A DNA stretch of 9,802 nucleotides from Prasinococcaceae sp. CCMP 1430 (taxonomy: Eukaryota > Plantae > Prasinodermophyta), in NCBI GenBank assembly GCA_013416795.1, contig RQSC01000071.1, forward strand, positions 1 through 9,802, read 5' to 3'. Below are positions 5,949 to 9,802 of the stretch, one piece after another (within the stretch, counting starts at the first letter, position 1; each line of letters starts with the position of its first letter). The notes below the pieces were generated by a model that saw only the letters and a list, made by a program, of their open reading frames with translations, was not told the DNA's origin and did no database searches. Made by a program: the position numbers and the translations under genes.

Positions 5949-7667
5949 TTACACGTTGAGCCCGATGGGCTGCCGGAGCAGCTCCAGCTGCTTGGTGAAG
6001 GGCACGAGCGTGTTGGCCACTATGAAGCCCGAGCCCGCCGCCGCGGGCACGCCGATGCCCGGGAAGCACGAGTCGCCGCACGCGAGGAGCCCCTCGATGC
6101 CCGTGTCGCACCCCGGCGGGAGGTCCGAGCCGTAGAGGTTGCGTTGCGTCACGTCGAAAGCGGGGCCGTACGTGCCCTCGTGCCTGTTCACGAAGTGCCG
6201 CTGCGTGAGCGGCGTCCCCACCATCGACACCTCCGCGCGTTGCCGCACGTCGGGGATGACGCGCTCCAGCGCCTTCCACAGAATCTCGCCCTTCTCCGCC
6301 TTCTTGGCCTCGTACTCCGCGCTGCCCCTCTCGAGCCCCGCCCACTCGGCGTACGGCTCGTTCGCCGCACCGTAGATGTGCACGACGTGCTTGCCCTCGG
6401 GGGCGAGGCTCGGGTCGAGACACGACGGGATGGAGACGTTGAAAACGTTCAGGTCGCCCTCGACGCCGAGCTCCCAGTCCCGCACGACCATGTGGTGGAT
6501 GCCCAGCTCCTCCGGCGGCGGCAGGCCGGCCGCGTCGATGCCAACGTGCAGGTGCATGAACGAGCCGCACGCGGGCGCGCCTTGCTCGCTGCCCGCATGC
6601 GTCTTGGCACCCACGTGCGCGCGTGCCGCCGCGATGGCCGGCGCCAGCGCGCCGCCCTCGCCCGGCGGCGGCAACAGCCGCATCGTGTCCCACACGCTGG
6701 CGTTCGTCACGACGCTGCGCGACGCGCGCAGCTCGCGCCCACCCTCCAACCGCACACCCGCCACCCTTCCATCCTCCACGATGAGCTCCTGCACGCGCGT
6801 GCGGAGGCTGAGCGTGCCGCCAAACTTGCGCAGGCCTCGCACGAGGCCGTCCACGAGCGCCTGCGAGCCGCCCAGCGGGTAGTCGTACGCCGCCCCCTCG
6901 CGGTGCCTCTCCTTGAAGAGGAAGGCCATCTCCGCCGCCGACGTGGAGCGGCAGGTCAAACCCGAGATGACGAAGCACTCGAGGTCGAGCATGCGGCGCA
7001 GCCACGGATCGGTGACGTGCTTGTCGACAAGTTCGGAGAAGTAGCCCTGCAGGAGCGACATCGACTGCAGCCCGGCGACGCCGTGGCCGGCGGCCGCGCC
7101 GAGCATGCGCGGCAGGTAGCCACCGAGCGTGAGCGCGACGGCGGCGTCGCCGCGGATGGCGGCGAAGGGCGTGGCGAGCGCGACGTCGCCCAACGGCTGC
7201 AGCGCGGCCTCCAGCGCGTCCCACTCGGCGACGGCACCGTCGCCCGCGAATCGGCGAATCGCGGAGCGGTACGACTCGCGGTCGGCGACGCAGCGGAAGT
7301 CGCCGTCGGGGAAGTAGAACTCGCAGCGGTTGTACGTCACCGCCGGCACCTCCTCGTCGACGGCGTCGAGCACCTGTCGCAGGCCGTTGATGCTCTCGCC
7401 CTTGGGCGACGTCAGGCCGAGGAAGTAGCTCGGCCCCGAGTCGAAGTGGTACCCGCCGCGGCTGAAGCCGTGCGCCGCGCCGCCCGCGACGGAGTGCGCC
7501 TCCACGACCGCGACGCGCACGCCGTATTTGGCGAGCAGCGCGCCGGCGGACAGCCCACCGATGCCCGCGCCGATGATCACAACGTCCACGTCGTCCGCCG
7601 GCACGGGGTCCGACTCCCACCCCGCGCCCGTGTGCGGCCTCGCAGCACCTGTCGCCGCCGCGCGCAC
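5949..7667 (-). CDS. Carotenoid isomerase-like (CRTISO-like / phytoene desaturase family) FAD-dependent oxidoreductase; 5'-partial
   Basis: 572 codons from the gap edge to TAA at 5949-5951, no intron needed. Rossmann GAGIGG at 7571-7554 within DVVIIGAGIGGL, followed by GGAAHGF..GGYHFDSGPS, YPLGGS.ALVDGLVRGL.KFGG, NAS.WDT, SFMHLH.G.D, IHHMVV.DW, S.PS.LDPSLAP.GKHV.H.Y, VGTPLT...F..R..GTYGP and CGDSCFPGIGVPA.A.SG..VAN. This motif set is typical of the At1g57770-like and cyanobacterial CRTISO-like clade rather than canonical CRTISO/CrtH. The start is in the gap or at the ATGs at 7794/7803 (frame depends on the true gap length). Confidence 0.9.
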   Translation of the reverse strand: MRAAATGAARPHTGAGWESDPVPADDVDVVIIGAGIGGLSAGALLAKYGVRVAVVEAHSVAGGAAHGFSRGGYHFDSGPSYFLGLTSPKGESINGLRQVLDAVDEEVPAVTYNRCEFYFPDGDFRCVADRESYRSAIRRFAGDGAVAEWDALEAALQPLGDVALATPFAAIRGDAAVALTLGGYLPRMLGAAAGHGVAGLQSMSLLQGYFSELVDKHVTDPWLRRMLDLECFVISGLTCRSTSAAEMAFLFKERHREGAAYDYPLGGSQALVDGLVRGLRKFGGTLSLRTRVQELIVEDGRVAGVRLEGGRELRASRSVVTNASVWDTMRLLPPPGEGGALAPAIAAARAHVGAKTHAGSEQGAPACGSFMHLHVGIDAAGLPPPEELGIHHMVVRDWELGVEGDLNVFNVSIPSCLDPSLAPEGKHVVHIYGAANEPYAEWAGLERGSAEYEAKKAEKGEILWKALERVIPDVRQRAEVSMVGTPLTQRHFVNRHEGTYGPAFDVTQRNLYGSDLPPGCDTGIEGLLACGDSCFPGIGVPAAAGSGFIVANTLVPFTKQLELLRQPIGLNV

Positions 7668-7668
7668 G

Positions 7669-7731
7669 NNNNNNNNNNNNNNNNNNNNNNNNNNNNNNNN
7701 NNNNNNNNNNNNNNNNNNNNNNNNNNNNNNN
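7669..7731. other. Assembly gap (63 N) in the 5' part of the CRTISO-like gene
   Basis: Run of N flanked by (GC)n-rich sequence. Confidence 0.99.
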
Positions 7732-7807
7732 CCGGCGCCAAGCGCGCGCCGGCGCGCGCGCGCGCTGCGGGCCGCGCGTTTCGGATAAAGCCATATCAAG
7801 CATGATC

Positions 7808-7837
7808 GTACTGATGGTACCTTGGTACCATCGGTAC
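7808..7837. repeat. Near-perfect 14-bp palindrome GTACTGATGGTACC-TT-GGTACCATCGGTAC
   Basis: Arms 7808-7821 and 7824-7837 pair at 13 of 14 positions, and the mismatch is a T:G wobble. It contains two GGTACC sites. Confidence 0.85.
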
Positions 7838-9583
7838 ACAGTCATTCCCAAACAGAACGATTTGGGGTTTAAAATGCGCGCTACGTGTTAGGGTTTATAT
7901 TACATGCGTTCGAGCTATGAAGTCTCCCGTGGGGGGTATCCCCGCACGCCAGTGCGCCTCTTGTTTGGCGCCACCTGGCTCGGCCGGGGAACGCATCACG
8001 CGCCCACCTCCGGCACGGCGAGTGCTGCCTGCAAGGCCATGCTGCCGACGGGTGGGCGGCGAGCGTACGCCGGTGCGAGGGTGGGCGCTGGCTGGAGGAG
8101 CGCGGCCGCACGCGGCCGCACCGGGTGCGGCCGCCTGCCAGGATGGCGCGCGGCCCGATGCGCGAGGCCGCGACCGAATGGCGAACGTGCCAAGGGAAGG
8201 TGCGAGTCGCAGAGGGCATCGCCGGGCGCGCGCTGGACTCGCTTGGCCGTGATCGCCGGCCAGGTCGCGCGCTCGCTGATCGATCGACCCGGCCGTTCGC
8301 GGCAAGGCTCGTGCTGGGTGCCGCGCGCTCGCGGCGCGGGCAGGGGTGTGGTGTGCACATCAGGACGCGCGCACGTGCCCTCTCGCATGTGCGAGCGCAC
8401 GCGCCGGAGCGCTGATCGGCGCACTGCCTGCGCGCGCTGTGCGCGCACACGAGCGCGCCCGTGGCTGTGGCGATTCGCGTCAGCAGCGGCGATGGGGACC
8501 TACCTACCATCGCGAAGGGCGACGCGATCGCTGTGCGCGAGAGCCACCTCCGCTCCTCCTCCACCACCTCATCGCCTCCTTCGCGTCCGGCGTGCACGGC
8601 CGAGGCCAGAGCCACTGGCGTCTGCGTCCCTGCGTGGGAGCGTGCCCGCCTGCAGGCGCTAGCAGCTGCGAGCGCGCGGGCCGCTCGTCTGTCCCCGTCC
8701 CTGCCCGCCTCGCCTCGCCCACCCTTCCTCCACCTCCCCTCTCACCGAGCGACTCTCATTGCCTGGCCGCGCGCCGCCCCGTCAGCGGAGGAGCGCAGGG
8801 TGGGGTGCGCGGGCAAGGGGAGAGAGAGCCGCGGCTTGCGGCCGGCCGGGCGCCCGCCGCGGCGCCACAGCCGCCAGCGCGCGCCACGCGTGCGCGAGGG
8901 CTACGGGCGGCCCGCCTCGCGGTCGGGCCCGTCGGTTACGACGGCGGCGCGCGGCCGGCCACATATCCTGCGCGCAGCACCCTGGATGAGGGCGCGGGGG
9001 GGGGGACGTCGCCCGCCGACCCACCAACCAAAAAAAAAAAAAAAGTGGTTTGCTCTTCCGTCGCTGGCTGGCGCCTGGTCTCGCCCTCGCCGCGATCCCC
9101 GCCCGCGCGCGCGATCCGCTCGCCCTCTGCCGATTGCGCTTTTTGCGATCCGCCTGTTGCTGGCCGTCCGTCCGTCGGTCGGATCGGAGGACGGGACACG
9201 ACCTCGATGGGCTTTTTATCCGATCGAGATCCGCGCCGGCGTCGTCGAGATCCGCCGCGACCCCACCGTCGGATCGAGAAAGCCAGCGAATCGACGAGGC
9301 GGGCCCGTCAGCAGGTACCATTCAACAAGCCAAACCTCCCGCCCGATCCGACCGAGACGCATCAAACAAAAAAAAGGTTGACTTCTCCCTGCCGGCCGGG
9401 GGGGAACGGACCTGGGAAAAAAAAAGCGTTGTCGGGAACGACGGCGATTCTTTTGCTACGCGTTTGGTCGGTTTTGGTTTGGTTTGTTGGGGGGGGGAAG
9501 GGGTGTGTCTGCGTTCTTGCTTGACTTTTTGGCTGGGTCTTTTCTTCCTTCTCTTCCGGCCGTGGCTGGCTGGCGCGTGGGGC

Positions 9584-9622
9584 GGTTTTGGTGCTGGTTT
9601 TGGTGTTGGTTTTGGTTTTGGT
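9584..9622 (+). repeat. Degenerate GGTTTT hexamer tandem repeat
   Basis: GGTTTT GGTGCT GGTTTT GGTGTT GGTTTT GGTTTT GGT read directly. Confidence 0.8.
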
Positions 9623-9802
9623 GGGGCACCGACCGACTTTTCGCTTGCGTGCGCGCGGTTGGGTTTGTGTGTTTTGGTGGCTTGTTGGCGGGTTTGCGCG
9701 CGCGCGCCGCGCTCGCGTGGCGCGCGCGCCACGCGTGCGCGGGCGGATTCTTTGGGGGGATTTTGATCTGCGCGCGCGCGCGACGGGGGGGCGCGGGCCG
9801 CG

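Noticed and set aside
5453-5959. TATAAT at 5453-5458 followed by plus-strand ORF 5474..5959
   Set aside because: Low-complexity Gly/Ala/Pro/Arg translation with no motif; the -10-like hexamer has no meaning in a eukaryotic nuclear context.
5547-7851. 752-aa plus ORF (5547..7805) and 757-aa minus ORF (5578..7851)
   Set aside because: Shadow frames of the CRTISO-like gene, Arg/Ala-rich with no motifs.
8346-9766. Long ORFs 8346..9524, 8461..9381, 9050..9766 and 9322..9732 as complete genes
   Set aside because: They run through homopolymers and low-complexity tracts (KKKKK, FGAGFGVGFG, PKPKPTPK) without consistent codon bias. Only the short patches noted under findings look coding-like.
1-9802. 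CRISPR array, rRNA or transposase/retroelement genes
   Set aside because: No regularly spaced repeats, no conserved rRNA motifs, and no RT, integrase or transposase motifs in any frame.

Overview
A very GC-rich, gene-dense stretch of a eukaryotic nuclear genome, not a prokaryotic one: it contains a spliceosomal GT-AG intron, and the gene content points to a photosynthetic microalga. It is a draft assembly with two N-gaps (774-1137, 7669-7731). Three protein-coding genes are well supported, all probably plastid-related and all with unresolved 5' ends: (1) a long coiled-coil protein with a C-terminal LETM1-like domain (+, 1140-3239, start lost in the gap); (2) sulfoquinovosyltransferase SQD2 (-, exons <4880-4566 and 4440-3337, 125-nt intron); (3) a CRTISO-like / phytoene-desaturase-family FAD oxidoreductase (-, <7667-5949). 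Most other long ORFs in the track are GC-rich shadow frames. The non-coding parts (1-773, ~4900-5940, ~7800-9802) carry homopolymer tracts, microsatellites, several short near-perfect hairpins, a dense GATCCG motif cluster, a strongly A-depleted tract, and a patch at ~8400-9000 with weak, incoherent coding and splice signals. I see no rRNA, tRNA, CRISPR array or recognisable mobile element. I found no clearly novel system. The findings below are leads of modest strength, and several could be assembly or sequencing artefacts.
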